Assembly (NCBI GenBank): GCA_033856455.1
Contig: JAWVEZ010000106.1
Span: 4,687 to 68,686 of the forward strand
DNA: 64,000 nt
Reading direction: 5' to 3'
From: Solirubrobacterales bacterium
GTDB taxonomy: Bacteria; Actinomycetota; Thermoleophilia; Solirubrobacterales; 70-9
The notes beneath the pieces were generated by a model that made no database searches, was not told the origin of the DNA, and saw only the letters and a program-made list of their open reading frames with translations. Of the stretch, positions 17,070 through 27,266 are shown piece by piece. Position numbers and translations under genes: made by a program. The first letter of the stretch is position 1. Each line of letters begins with the position of its first letter.

Positions 17070-19181
17070 ATGAGCGGTAACGGAAACGGTTCGAGTGCGC
17101 GGGCATTCGTCGGCGTCGACGTCGGCGGCACCCACACCGACGTCCACGTCCACGTCGGCGGCGACGAAGCCCGTGGCAAGGCGCTGACCACCTACGACGA
17201 CTTCAGTCGGGGGGTCCTCGACGCCCTCAAGGTCGCCGCGGAAACCCTCGACATGTCGCTCGACGACCTGCTCTCGCAGACCGACCTGCTGGTCAACGCG
17301 ACCACGGTCGTCACCAACGCGGTGGCGCAGCTGCGCGGCTCCAAGGTCGGCGTGCTGACCACGTCTGGGTTCGGCGACGAACTGCGTTTCGCCGGCGGCC
17401 CGCGGCTGCGGATCGCCGACGAGCACATGCAGACCAACGTCCCCGACCTGGTCGATCGCCGCGACATCCTCGAGATCGACGGGCGGATCGACTACGCCGG
17501 CAAGGAGCTGGTGCCGCTCGACAGCGCGGCGGTGAAGGAGGCGGCGCGCTTCTTGGTCGAGGAGCGCGAAGTCAGCGCGATCGCGATCTGCTTCCTCTCC
17601 AGCTACCGCAACGACGCCCACGAGGCAGCGGCCGAGAAGATCGTCAAGGAGGCGTACCCGGACGTCTTCACCACCCCTTCCTACAGCGTCAGCGGGGTCC
17701 GCGGCGAGGCGGTGCGGTGGATGACCGCGGTCCTCAACTGCTTCGTCTTCGAGGATGCCGGCAACTTCCTCGACACCCTCAGCACCAAGCTCAACGACGC
17801 CGGCCTGGCGGGGCGCGTCGCCTTCTTCCAAGGGCTCGGCGGCGGCATCTCCAAGGAGCGCGCCGCGCGCCTGCCGCTGGCCCTGCTCGGGGCCGGCCCC
17901 GCCGCCGGTGCGACCGGCGCCAACCAGCTGGCGCGGACGATGGGCCACAGCCGCGTCCTCGTCGGCGACATGGGCGGCACCAGCTTCGACACCGGGCTGA
18001 TTCACGACAACGTCGTCCACGTCGAGAAGTCGGTGCGGGTCGGCCGCTTCCGCACCGCGATGCCGCTCGTCGACGTGATCTCGGTCGGCGCCGGCGGCGG
18101 CAGCATCGCCTGGATCGGCGAGCGCGGCGTGCCGCAGGTCGGCCCTCGCAGCGCCGGTTCGCAGCCGGGTCCCGCCGCCTACGGCAACGGCGGCACCGAG
18201 CCGACGGTGACCGACGCGATGGTCGCGATGGACCTGATCGACCCCGAGAACTATCTCGGCGGCCGGCTCGAGATCCGCAAGGACCTGGCGATCGAGGCCC
18301 TCCGCGAGAAGGTCGGCGAGCAGCTCGGCTGGTCGGTCGAGGAGACCGCCGCCGCCGTCTACGAGCTCGTCGTCGCAAACATGGCCAACGCGGTGCGCGA
18401 GGTCAGCGTCGCCCACGGCTACGACCCGCGCGACTTCGTCTTCTACGCCTATGGCGGCACGCTTCCGTGGTTCGCGGCGGAGATCGCGAGGACGCTGAAG
18501 ATCGAGCGCGTGCTGATTCCCAACAACAGCTCCGTCTTCTGCGCCCGCGGCCTGCTGGCCTCGGACTTCGTCCTCCGCTACGACCAGACGATCCAGTCGG
18601 GGCTCGACTCCGCCGAGGCGCTGCAGCGGATCAACGACGTCTACGGCGAAATGGTCGAGACCGGCCGCGAGGAAATGCGGCGGGAGGGGTTCGCCGACGA
18701 CGCGATCGCGATCGACCGCACGATCGACATGCAGTTCGCCGGCCAGGTCCACGCGCTGCCGATCGCGATCGCCGATCGCGAGATCGCCGACGCCGACGTC
18801 CCCGAGCTGCAGTCCAAGTTCAACGAGACCTACGAGCGCACCTACGGCGCCGGCACCGCCTGGCCGGGAGCGATTCCCCAAGCCCTCAACGTCGCGGTGA
18901 CGGTCAAGGGGCAGATGTCCTCGCACCACCTGACCGAGTATCCGCTCGAGCCCAGCGACGCCGAGGCGATGCGCAAGTCCGAGCGCGAGGTCTACCTGCC
19001 GTCCAGCCACGAACGGGTCTCGGTGCCGATCTACGACGAGGCGAAGTTCACCCCGGGCAGCTCGGTCGAGGGGCCGTCGGTGATCGAGGCGGTCGACACC
19101 ACTCTCTACGTGCCCGCGGGGACCAGCGCGGAGCGGGACCAATATCTGAACGTGCTGCTGACGGTAGGAGGGAACGACTGA
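17070..19181 (+). CDS. hydantoinase/oxoprolinase A-family subunit, copy 2
   Basis: Strong SD aaggagag lies 5 nt before the ATG. FVGVDVGGTHTDV, GDMGGTSFD. Collinear with copy 1. Confidence 0.9.
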   Translation: MSGNGNGSSARAFVGVDVGGTHTDVHVHVGGDEARGKALTTYDDFSRGVLDALKVAAETLDMSLDDLLSQTDLLVNATTVVTNAVAQLRGSKVGVLTTSGFGDELRFAGGPRLRIADEHMQTNVPDLVDRRDILEIDGRIDYAGKELVPLDSAAVKEAARFLVEEREVSAIAICFLSSYRNDAHEAAAEKIVKEAYPDVFTTPSYSVSGVRGEAVRWMTAVLNCFVFEDAGNFLDTLSTKLNDAGLAGRVAFFQGLGGGISKERAARLPLALLGAGPAAGATGANQLARTMGHSRVLVGDMGGTSFDTGLIHDNVVHVEKSVRVGRFRTAMPLVDVISVGAGGGSIAWIGERGVPQVGPRSAGSQPGPAAYGNGGTEPTVTDAMVAMDLIDPENYLGGRLEIRKDLAIEALREKVGEQLGWSVEETAAAVYELVVANMANAVREVSVAHGYDPRDFVFYAYGGTLPWFAAEIARTLKIERVLIPNNSSVFCARGLLASDFVLRYDQTIQSGLDSAEALQRINDVYGEMVETGREEMRREGFADDAIAIDRTIDMQFAGQVHALPIAIADREIADADVPELQSKFNETYERTYGAGTAWPGAIPQALNVAVTVKGQMSSHHLTEYPLEPSDAEAMRKSEREVYLPSSHERVSVPIYDEAKFTPGSSVEGPSVIEAVDTTLYVPAGTSAERDQYLNVLLTVGGND

Positions 19182-21373
19182 TGAAGACCCAAACCGCAGA
19201 TCCAGTCTCGATCGAGATCCACCGCAAGGCGCTGGAGAACATCACCAGCGAGATGGCGATCGCCCTGACCCGGACCTCGGGCTCGCCCGTCGTCTACGAG
19301 GTCCAGGACTTCGCCACCAGCCTGCTCGACGTCGACGGCGAGCAGCTGGCGATGTCGGCGACGGTCCTCTTCCACGCCGGCTCCTCGCTGCTCGGGACCC
19401 AGGCGATCATCGAGTCCCTCGACGGCGCCTCGCCGAGCGAAGGCGAGGGCTGGATCGTCAACGACACCTTCGAGGGCGGTGCCCAGCACCAGGGCGACGT
19501 CGCGATCATCATGCCGACCTTCTACGAGGGCGACCACGTCGGCTGGGCCTTCACCAACGTCCACGTCCTCGACGTCGGCGGCATGGGCGTCTCCGGCTTC
19601 GCCCCCGGCGCCAAGACGGTCTTCGACGAGGGGGTCCGCTTTCCGGCGACGAAGATCATGCGCGACGGCGAGCTCGACCCCGAGTGGGTGAAATACATCA
19701 GCGCCAACGTCCGCATCGCCGATCTCGTGATCAACGACCTGCGGGCGATGATCGCCGCCAACAACGTCGCCCAGAAGAAGCTGGTCGACCTGATCGACCG
19801 CTTCGGGTTCGAGGACTTCAGGGAATTCTGCGAGATCAACAAGACCCTGACCGAGGAAGCGTTCCGCTCCCGGATCGCCAAGCTCCCGGACGGCGTCTAC
19901 GAGACCGCGGAGTGGGTCGAGTACGACGGCCAGCGCAAGGCGGAGCTGCTGGAGCTGCGCTGCCGGCTCGAGGTTCGCGACACCGACATCCACGTCTCCT
20001 TCACCGGGGTGCCGCAGACCACCGGCTTCGTCAACGCCGGCAAAGGCGTCGTCTACGGCGCTGTGATGTGCACGATCCTGACCACGCTCGGTTACGGCGA
20101 CCTGCCGTTCAACGCGGGGATCTGGCGGCCGATCACGATCGACCTCGGCGAGCCCGGGACGATCGTCAACGCCGTCACCCCCGCCGCCTGCACCAGTGGT
20201 CACGCCAACTGTGGCGTCCGCGTCACCCGCGCCAGCAAGGAGGTCTTCGACCAGGCCTGCGGCCTCAGCGAGGATCCGGTCCTGCGTTCCCGCGTGGGGG
20301 CGATGGCGCACGACTCGATCGTCCTCAACCCACTCGCCGGGATCGGCCACGGCGGGGTCCCGACCGTGGTCTTCTTCATGGACCTGACCACCGGCCACGG
20401 CGGCGGCGCCCAGTCGATCTTCGACGGTCAGGACAGCTACGGCCTCACCTGCACGCCGGGTGTCGGGCTGCCCAACGTCGAGACCAACGAGGCCCAGCAG
20501 CCCGCCCTCTATCTCTGGCGCCGGCTGGTGCCCCAGTCCGGTGGCCCCGGAACCTTCCGCGGCGGCCAGGCTCTGGAGTTGGCCTACAGCGTCTACGAGA
20601 CCGAGCTGCTCGACGGCGCCGTCACCGCCGGCTGCACCGAGACGCCGGCCCGCGGCGTCGCCGGCGGCCTCTCCGGTGCCGGGTCCTCCTGGAGCTCCTA
20701 CCACGACACCAACGTCGAGCAGCTGCTCGAGGAAGGGCGCCAGCCGCTGAAGCGGGTGCTCGAGGGCGACGAGCCGACCCAGAAGAACAACGAGGGCCGC
20801 CTCGAACTGCAGGAGACCGACGTGATCCGGATGCGCGGCGGCGGCGGCGGTGGCCTCGGGGACCCGCTGATGCGCGAGCCCGAGCTCGTCGCCAAGGACA
20901 TCAGGGACCGCTACATCGACAGCGCCCACGCCGAGGCCGTCTACGGGGTGGTTCTCGACGGCGACGAGGCCGACGCCGACGCGACCGAGAAGCGCCGGGC
21001 GCAGATCCGCGAGCAGCGGCTCGGCGGCTCGCCGTCCCGATCCGCCGCGGCTCCGCGCGACGTCGGCGTCTCCGTCGTCGTCGGCTCCGACGAGGACTGG
21101 TGCTGCGCCTACTGCGAGCACTCGCTCGGCTCGCTCAGCGCCAACTGGCGTGAGTCGGCGACCGTGAACGAGCGGCCGCTGGCCGCGGCCTATGCCGAGT
21201 TCGAGATGGGCGTTCGCGACCGGGCCGAAGAGCCGCGGGTGATGCTCGCCGAGCACTTCTGCCCCGCCTGCGCCGGCCTGCTCGTCGCCGATCTCTACCC
21301 GCAGGGCTTCTCCGGCTACGTCGCGCCCCGGCTCGGCGACGTCGAAGTGGCTCCGCTGGAGGTGCCCCGATGA
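19181..21373 (+). CDS. hydantoinase B-family subunit fused to a 4-Cys gamma-like domain, copy 2
   Basis: ATG at 19181 overlaps the upstream TGA by 1 nt. MKTQTADPVSIEIHRKALENITSEM. C-terminus CCAYCEH ... MLAEHFCPACAGLLVADLYP. The 17717 start in the track is an out-of-context extension through the upstream gene. Confidence 0.9.
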   Translation: MKTQTADPVSIEIHRKALENITSEMAIALTRTSGSPVVYEVQDFATSLLDVDGEQLAMSATVLFHAGSSLLGTQAIIESLDGASPSEGEGWIVNDTFEGGAQHQGDVAIIMPTFYEGDHVGWAFTNVHVLDVGGMGVSGFAPGAKTVFDEGVRFPATKIMRDGELDPEWVKYISANVRIADLVINDLRAMIAANNVAQKKLVDLIDRFGFEDFREFCEINKTLTEEAFRSRIAKLPDGVYETAEWVEYDGQRKAELLELRCRLEVRDTDIHVSFTGVPQTTGFVNAGKGVVYGAVMCTILTTLGYGDLPFNAGIWRPITIDLGEPGTIVNAVTPAACTSGHANCGVRVTRASKEVFDQACGLSEDPVLRSRVGAMAHDSIVLNPLAGIGHGGVPTVVFFMDLTTGHGGGAQSIFDGQDSYGLTCTPGVGLPNVETNEAQQPALYLWRRLVPQSGGPGTFRGGQALELAYSVYETELLDGAVTAGCTETPARGVAGGLSGAGSSWSSYHDTNVEQLLEEGRQPLKRVLEGDEPTQKNNEGRLELQETDVIRMRGGGGGGLGDPLMREPELVAKDIRDRYIDSAHAEAVYGVVLDGDEADADATEKRRAQIREQRLGGSPSRSAAAPRDVGVSVVVGSDEDWCCAYCEHSLGSLSANWRESATVNERPLAAAYAEFEMGVRDRAEEPRVMLAEHFCPACAGLLVADLYPQGFSGYVAPRLGDVEVAPLEVPR

Positions 21374-22119
21374 ACTGCGCCGGGAAGGTCGCTGTGGTCG
21401 CGGGAGGAAGCTCTGGACTGGGCGCGGCGACGGTCGAAGCGCTGACCGACGCCGGTGCCACGGTGGTGGTGCTCGACGTCTCGGTTCCCGAGGAGGGAGC
21501 CGGGTACGAGGGAACGCATTACCGCCTTGCCGACGTTCGTGACTCCGACCAGGTCGCCGCGGCGATCGAGTACGCGGCGAGCCTTGGCGATCTGCGAATC
21601 GTCGCCTCCTGCGCCGGCGTCGGCTCGGTCGGCAAGATCACCCGCAAGGGCCAGCCGCTCGATCTCGACGAGTTCCAGCGGGTGATCGACATCAACCTGG
21701 TCGGCACCTTCAACGTGCTCCGCCACGCGGCGACGCTGATGGTGGAGAACGAGCCGATCGAAGACGAGCGCGGCGTCCTCATCGTCACCGCCTCGGCGGC
21801 CGCCTTCGAAGGCCAGATCGGCCAGGTCGCATACGCCGCCTCGAAGGGGGGCATCGTCGGGATGACCCTGCCGATCGCCCGTGACCTGGCCGCCTCGCAG
21901 GTGCGCTGCGTGGCGATCGCGCCCGGGCTCTTCAACACCCCGCTGCTGGGAGCCCTGCCCGAGGCCGCGCGCAAAGCACTCGAGGAAACGATCCCCAACC
22001 CCTCACGCCTCGGTCGCCCCTCGGAGTTCGGGCAGCTGATGCGGCAGATCGTGGAGAACCCGATGATCAACGGAGAGACCTTGCGGATCGACGGGGCTCT
22101 ACGCATGGCGCCGCGCTGA
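21370..22119 (+). CDS. type II (HSD17B10-like) 3-hydroxyacyl-CoA dehydrogenase, SDR family
   Basis: GKVAVVAGGSSGLG. FQRVIDINLVGTFNV...TASAAAFEGQIGQVAYAASKGGIVGMTLPIARDLA...IAPGLFNTPLL closely tracks my recollection of human HSD17B10. Confidence 0.85.
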   Translation: MNCAGKVAVVAGGSSGLGAATVEALTDAGATVVVLDVSVPEEGAGYEGTHYRLADVRDSDQVAAAIEYAASLGDLRIVASCAGVGSVGKITRKGQPLDLDEFQRVIDINLVGTFNVLRHAATLMVENEPIEDERGVLIVTASAAAFEGQIGQVAYAASKGGIVGMTLPIARDLAASQVRCVAIAPGLFNTPLLGALPEAARKALEETIPNPSRLGRPSEFGQLMRQIVENPMINGETLRIDGALRMAPR

Positions 22120-22120
22120 G

Positions 22121-23734
22121 GTGGGCGCGAACCCCGTGTCAGCGCAGCCCCCTCCCGCGGCCCCGGAGCGGAGCCTGGCGACGATCCTCTCCCGGGCCGC
22201 CGCCGACCCCCGCCTGAGCGTAGCCACGGCCGTCTCCTGCGACGGCGCCGAGCGCAGCTTCGGCCAGCTGCACGAGCGCTCCCAACGCCTCGCCGCCGGG
22301 CTCGCCGCGGCCGGTGTCCGTCGCGGCGACTGCGTCTCCGTTCTCCTCCCCAACCGCATCGAGTGGGTCGAGCTGTTGTTCGGAATCGCCGCCGCGGGCG
22401 GCGTCTGCGTCCCGGTCAACGTGCTGCTCGCGCCGGCGGAGGTCGCCCATGTCTGTGAGGACAGCGGCTCGCGCTGGATCGTCGTCGATGGCCGAAGCCT
22501 CGACCTGCTCTCGGAGCTGCCGGAGTGCGTCGAGCAGGTGATCGTGGTCGGCGAGCCAGCCACCGGGCTGGAGCCGCAGCCGCTCCGCTACGAGGATCTG
22601 ATCACGGAGCGGACGCCCCCCGCCGGGGAGGGGCCCCGGCCCGAGGATCTGGCGATCATCTACTACTCCTCCGGCACGACCGGCAAGCCCAAGGGCGCCG
22701 CCCACACCCACACCAGCGTGCTCTGGAACGCGATGGGCCAGATCGTCGACATCGGCCTCACCCGCGAGGACACCTACCTGCTGGTTCCCTCGCTCTCCTG
22801 GGCCGCCGGGTTCAACAACGTCTTCCTCTCACTGCTCTGGCTCGGCGGCCACTCGGTTGTCCTGCCGACCCACGAAACGGCGATCGGGTCGATCGTCGCC
22901 AACCTCGAGAGCTCGCGGGCGACGCACCTGATGCTGGTCCCGACCCTGGTCAAGCAGCTGCTCGAAGCGCCGGAGCTGATCGCCCGCGTGCGCGCCTGCG
23001 AGCTGCGCTGGATCATGACCGGCGGCGAGCCGATCCCGAAGAACCTGATCGAAAGCTTCGAAGCGCAGCTGCCCGGGTGCCGGCTGGCCCAGGCCTACGG
23101 AATGTCGGAGTTCCCGACGATCGCGACGATTCTCGGCTCCGAGCACGCCGCCTCCCACGCCGGCAGCGCCGGGCTGCCCCTCTGCCACACGCAGATCGCC
23201 GTGCGCGACGACGAGGGGCAGATCGTCGAGCGCGGTGAGGGCGAGATCCTGCTGCGCTCGCTGGCGGTGATGCGCGAGTACTTCGGCAACCCCGATGAGA
23301 CCGCCCGCGTCTTCGCCGACGGCTGGTTCGCCTCCGGCGACCGCGGCCGGATCGACGACGAGGGCTTCCTCTGGATCACCGGCCGGGTCAAGGACATGAT
23401 CATCTCCGGCGGCCTCAACGTCTACCCGCGGGAGATCGAGGAGGTCATCTACCGCCTCGACGACGTCACCGAGGCCTGCGTCGTCGGCGTCCCCGACGAG
23501 CGCTGGGGAGAGGTCCCCGCTGCCGTGATCGTCTCCGAGCGCGAGCAGTGGGAGCCGGCCACGGTGATCGAGCACTGCCGGCAGAGCCTGGCTTCATACA
23601 AGTGCCCCAAGCACGTCTTCGTGCGCTCCGAGCGGCTTCCGCGGAACCCCTCGGGGAAGGTCCTCAAGCGCGAGGTCGCCCCCTGGGCCGCCGAGCGCGT
23701 CAGCTCTTCATCCAGCCAACAACAGCGGAGGTAA
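22121..23734 (+). CDS. AMP-forming acyl-CoA synthetase, copy 2
   Basis: IYYSSGTTGKPKGA, YGMSE, ASGDRG, SGKVLK. Confidence 0.85.
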   Translation: MGANPVSAQPPPAAPERSLATILSRAAADPRLSVATAVSCDGAERSFGQLHERSQRLAAGLAAAGVRRGDCVSVLLPNRIEWVELLFGIAAAGGVCVPVNVLLAPAEVAHVCEDSGSRWIVVDGRSLDLLSELPECVEQVIVVGEPATGLEPQPLRYEDLITERTPPAGEGPRPEDLAIIYYSSGTTGKPKGAAHTHTSVLWNAMGQIVDIGLTREDTYLLVPSLSWAAGFNNVFLSLLWLGGHSVVLPTHETAIGSIVANLESSRATHLMLVPTLVKQLLEAPELIARVRACELRWIMTGGEPIPKNLIESFEAQLPGCRLAQAYGMSEFPTIATILGSEHAASHAGSAGLPLCHTQIAVRDDEGQIVERGEGEILLRSLAVMREYFGNPDETARVFADGWFASGDRGRIDDEGFLWITGRVKDMIISGGLNVYPREIEEVIYRLDDVTEACVVGVPDERWGEVPAAVIVSEREQWEPATVIEHCRQSLASYKCPKHVFVRSERLPRNPSGKVLKREVAPWAAERVSSSSSQQQRR

Positions 23735-23737
23735 CCC

Positions 23738-25030
23738 ATGGCAATTGACTTCTCGATCGAACCGGAGTTCCAGCAGAAGCTCGACTGGATCAACGAGCTC
23801 CTGCGGGAGGAGATCTACCCGCTCGAGGTCTTGGAGCTGACCCACCCGCAGCTGCTGGAGCTGGTCGCGCCGCTGCGCGAGCGCGTCGTCGAGCAGCAGC
23901 TGTGGGCGCCCCACCTCGATCCCGAGCTCGGCGGCCAGGGCTACGGTCAGGTCAAACTCGGCCTGATCCACGAACTGCTCGGCCGCTCGCGGATCGCGCC
24001 GTTCGTCTTCGGGGCCCAGGCTCCGGACTCCGGCAACAGCGAGATCCTCGCCCTGCACGCCAACGACGAGCAGAAGGAGCGCTGGCTCTACCCGCTCCTC
24101 GACGGCAAGATCCTCTCCTGCTACGCGATGACCGAGCCCGGCGCCGGCGCGGACCCGACCCAGCTCTCCTGCAGTGCCGTGCTCGAGGGCGACGAGTGGG
24201 TGCTCAACGGCGACAAGTGGTTCATCACCAACGCCTCGATCGCCGATTTCTTCATCTTCATGGTCGTCACCGAGCCCGACGCGGCTCCGCACGCCCGCGC
24301 CTCGCAGATCATCGTCCCCGCCGACACGCCCGGGCTGAACGTGGTTCGTGAGCTCGGCACGCTGGAGGACGCCCATCCGCGCTGGGGCACCTGGGACAAC
24401 CACGCGGTGGTCGAGCTGCGCGACGCCCGCGTCCCGGCCGGCAACATCCTCGGCGAGCGCGGCACCGGCTTCGTCCAAGCCCAGCAGCGACTCGGCCCGG
24501 GCCGGATGCACCACGCGATGCGCTGGATCGGTCAGGCCCAGCGGGCCTTCGACATGCTCTGCGAGCGCGCGCTCTACCGCAAAGCGCGCGGCGGCATCCT
24601 CGCCGACAAGCAGACGATCCAGAACTGGATCGCGGACTCCGCGGTGGAACTCGAAGCGGCGCGGCTGATGACCCTGAAAGCGGCCTGGATCATGGACACC
24701 CAGGGCTCTCGCGCGGCCCGCAAGGAGATCTCGATGATCAAGTTCTGGGGGGCGAAGATCCTCCACGACGTGATCGACCGGGCGCTGCAGGCGCACGGCT
24801 CGTTCGGCTACTCCAGCGACATGCCGCTGGAGGAGATGTACCGCTACGCCCGCGCGGCGCGGATCTACGACGGCCCCGACGAGGTCCACCGGGAAACGGT
24901 CGCGCGCCAGATCCTGCGCGGATACGAGGTGCCCGCCGACGAGGTCCCGACCGAGCACATCCCGACCCGACGGGCGGCCTCGGAAGCGCGCTTCTCCCAC
25001 GTCCTCGAGCAGGTCGCCGGGAACGAGTGA
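23738..25030 (+). CDS. acyl-CoA dehydrogenase of the ACAD10/ACAD11 (LvaC-like) type
   Basis: 430 aa. The N-terminal helical extension MAIDFSIEPEFQQKLDWINELL and GDKWFITNASIADFFIFM are typical of this ACAD subgroup. SD ggagg precedes the ATG. Confidence 0.8.
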   Translation: MAIDFSIEPEFQQKLDWINELLREEIYPLEVLELTHPQLLELVAPLRERVVEQQLWAPHLDPELGGQGYGQVKLGLIHELLGRSRIAPFVFGAQAPDSGNSEILALHANDEQKERWLYPLLDGKILSCYAMTEPGAGADPTQLSCSAVLEGDEWVLNGDKWFITNASIADFFIFMVVTEPDAAPHARASQIIVPADTPGLNVVRELGTLEDAHPRWGTWDNHAVVELRDARVPAGNILGERGTGFVQAQQRLGPGRMHHAMRWIGQAQRAFDMLCERALYRKARGGILADKQTIQNWIADSAVELEAARLMTLKAAWIMDTQGSRAARKEISMIKFWGAKILHDVIDRALQAHGSFGYSSDMPLEEMYRYARAARIYDGPDEVHRETVARQILRGYEVPADEVPTEHIPTRRAASEARFSHVLEQVAGNE

Positions 25031-26010
25031 CCCGGATGCTCTCCCTGCAGGTCGATCGTCTGGCCGGGCCCAAAGCCCTGAGCCTGGTCGAGGTTCCGGT
25101 CCCCGACGCTGCCGGCGGCGTGGTCATCGACGTCCACGCCGCCGGCGTCAGCTTTCCCGACCTGCTGATGATCAAGGGCGAGTACCAGCTGCACCCCGAG
25201 CCCCCGTTCGCGCCCGGGACCGAGGTCGCCGGGGTGGTCCGCGAGGCCCCCGCCGGCAGCGCCTGGAGACCCGGCGACCGGGTCAGCGCCTACACCAGCT
25301 GGGGCGGCTACAGCGAGGTGATCGCGGTCGATGCGGGCGCGGTGGTGCGGGTGCCGCCGGCGCTGGACTTCGTCCAGGGGGCGGCGATGATGATCAACTA
25401 CCAGACCGCCTACTTCGCGCTGCGGATCCGCAGCCACCTGAACCGCGGCGAGACGCTGCTGGTGCACGGCGCCGCGGGAGGGGTCGGCATCGCCGCCGTC
25501 CAGATCGGCCACGCGCTCGGCGGCCGCGTGATCTCGGTCGTGCGCGGCTCCGAGAAAGCGGCCTTCGTGCGCGAGGCCGGCTGCGACGAGGTGATCGACC
25601 TCGAGCAGACCGAGAACTGGGTCGAGGCGGTGCGGGAGCTGACCGACGGCAATGGCGCCGAGATCGCCTTCGACCCGGTCGGTGGCACCCGGTTCGACCA
25701 GAGCCTGCGGGCGATTCGCCGCGACGGCAAGGCGCTGATCATCGGCTTCGCCTCGGGCGAGATCTCGAAGATCCCGGCCAACCACCTGCTGCTGAAAAAC
25801 GTCGACGCCGTCGGCGTCGCCTGGGGGATGTACCTGAAGCAGGAACCGCAGCTCCTGCGCGACATCGGCAAGGAGCTCGACGCGCTGGTCGAAGAGCAGG
25901 GCCTGCGGCCGATGGTCGGCGCCACCTACCCGTTGGCCGAGGGCGCCGCGGCACTGGAGCAGCTTGCCTCGCGTCAGGCGCTGGGCAAGAGCGTCCTGGT
26001 GGTGCGCTGA
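25027..26010 (+). CDS. NAD(P)H:quinone-oxidoreductase-like MDR (zeta-crystallin type)
   Basis: VDVHAAGVSFPDLLMIKGEY, GAAGGVGIAAVQI, no zinc ligands. GTGA overlap with the upstream gene. Confidence 0.8.
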   Translation: MTRMLSLQVDRLAGPKALSLVEVPVPDAAGGVVIDVHAAGVSFPDLLMIKGEYQLHPEPPFAPGTEVAGVVREAPAGSAWRPGDRVSAYTSWGGYSEVIAVDAGAVVRVPPALDFVQGAAMMINYQTAYFALRIRSHLNRGETLLVHGAAGGVGIAAVQIGHALGGRVISVVRGSEKAAFVREAGCDEVIDLEQTENWVEAVRELTDGNGAEIAFDPVGGTRFDQSLRAIRRDGKALIIGFASGEISKIPANHLLLKNVDAVGVAWGMYLKQEPQLLRDIGKELDALVEEQGLRPMVGATYPLAEGAAALEQLASRQALGKSVLVVR

Positions 26011-26083
26011 GCGCGATGGGCCCCCCAACTTCCACATCTACCGATACGTCGAAGGCCAGGCGGCACTCGAAGAAAGGCATTTC

Positions 26084-27262
26084 ATGGGACCACTAGAGGG
26101 AATCAAGGTCGTCGAGCTCGGCGGCATCGGACCGGGACCGTTCACGGCGATGATGCTGGGCGACATGGGGGCCGACGTGGTCCGGATCGATCGCCGGCCC
26201 AGCGGCGAAGAGCAGGAACACCAGGTGGCCGAGCTCGACCTGATGCAGCGCAGCCGGCGCTCGCTGATCCTCGACCTCAAGTCCGAGGCGGGCCGCGCGG
26301 CGCTGCTGCGCCTGATCGAGCAGGCCGACGTCCTGATCGATCCCTTCCGGCCCGGCGTCGCCGAGCGGCTCGGCGTCGGTCCCGACGTTTGCATGGAGCT
26401 CAACCCGGGACTCGTCTTCGGGCGGATGACGGGCTGGGGCCAGACCGGCCCGCTCGCCCACGTCGCCGGCCACGACCTCAACTACGCGGCGCTGGCCGGC
26501 CCGATCGCGGCGATGGGGCGTCGCGACGCCCCCCCGTCGCCGGCGCTGAACCTGATCGGCGACTTCGGCGGTGGCGGCATGCTGCTGACGCTGGGCATCC
26601 TCGCCGCCCTGGTCGAGCGCCAGAAATCCGGGCACGGGCAGGTGATCGACGCCGCGATGGTCGACGGCACCGCGTTGCTGTGCGCCAGCATCGTCGGGAT
26701 GACGACGATGGGGGCCTGGCGGCCCGAGCGCGAGAACAACCTGGTTGACGGTGGCGCTCACTTCTACGACGCCTACGAGACCGCGGACGGCAAATTCGTC
26801 ACGATCGGCGCGATCGAGCCGAAGTTCTACGCCGAGCTGCTGGAGCGCCTGGAGCTCGATCCGAGCGAGTGGCCGCACGAAGATCCCACCCTCTGGGCCG
26901 AGCTCTCGGTGAAGATGGCGGCGGTCTTCAAGACGAAGACGCGGGCCGAGTGGGTCGAGCTGCTGGAAGGCACCGACATCTGCTTCGCCCCGGTCCTCAG
27001 CTTCGCCGAGGCGCCCGAGCACCCGCACCTGAAGGCGCGCGAAACCTACGTCGAGGCCTTCGGCCAGGTCCAGCCGGCCCCGGCCCCCCGCTTCAGCCGC
27101 ACCCCGGGGAAGGTCGCGACCCCGCCCGCGGTGCCGGGAGAGCACAGCCGCGAAGTGCTGGCCGCCTGGGGCTTCGAGCAGGCCGAGATCGACGCGCTCG
27201 AGTCCGACGGCGTAACCGAAGACCGTGAGCGCGACGAGTCCGTGACGATCGGGGCTGCGTAG
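26084..27262 (+). CDS. mcr: alpha-methylacyl-CoA racemase-like family III CoA-transferase
   Basis: MGPLEGIKVVELGGIGPGPFTAMMLGDMGADVVRIDR, MTGWGQTGP, NLIGDFGGGGM, GQVIDAAMVDG, GAIEPKFYA and APRFSRTPG track my recollection of M. tuberculosis MCR along the whole length. Confidence 0.8.
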   Translation: MGPLEGIKVVELGGIGPGPFTAMMLGDMGADVVRIDRRPSGEEQEHQVAELDLMQRSRRSLILDLKSEAGRAALLRLIEQADVLIDPFRPGVAERLGVGPDVCMELNPGLVFGRMTGWGQTGPLAHVAGHDLNYAALAGPIAAMGRRDAPPSPALNLIGDFGGGGMLLTLGILAALVERQKSGHGQVIDAAMVDGTALLCASIVGMTTMGAWRPERENNLVDGGAHFYDAYETADGKFVTIGAIEPKFYAELLERLELDPSEWPHEDPTLWAELSVKMAAVFKTKTRAEWVELLEGTDICFAPVLSFAEAPEHPHLKARETYVEAFGQVQPAPAPRFSRTPGKVATPPAVPGEHSREVLAAWGFEQAEIDALESDGVTEDRERDESVTIGAA

Positions 27263-27266
27263 CCCG

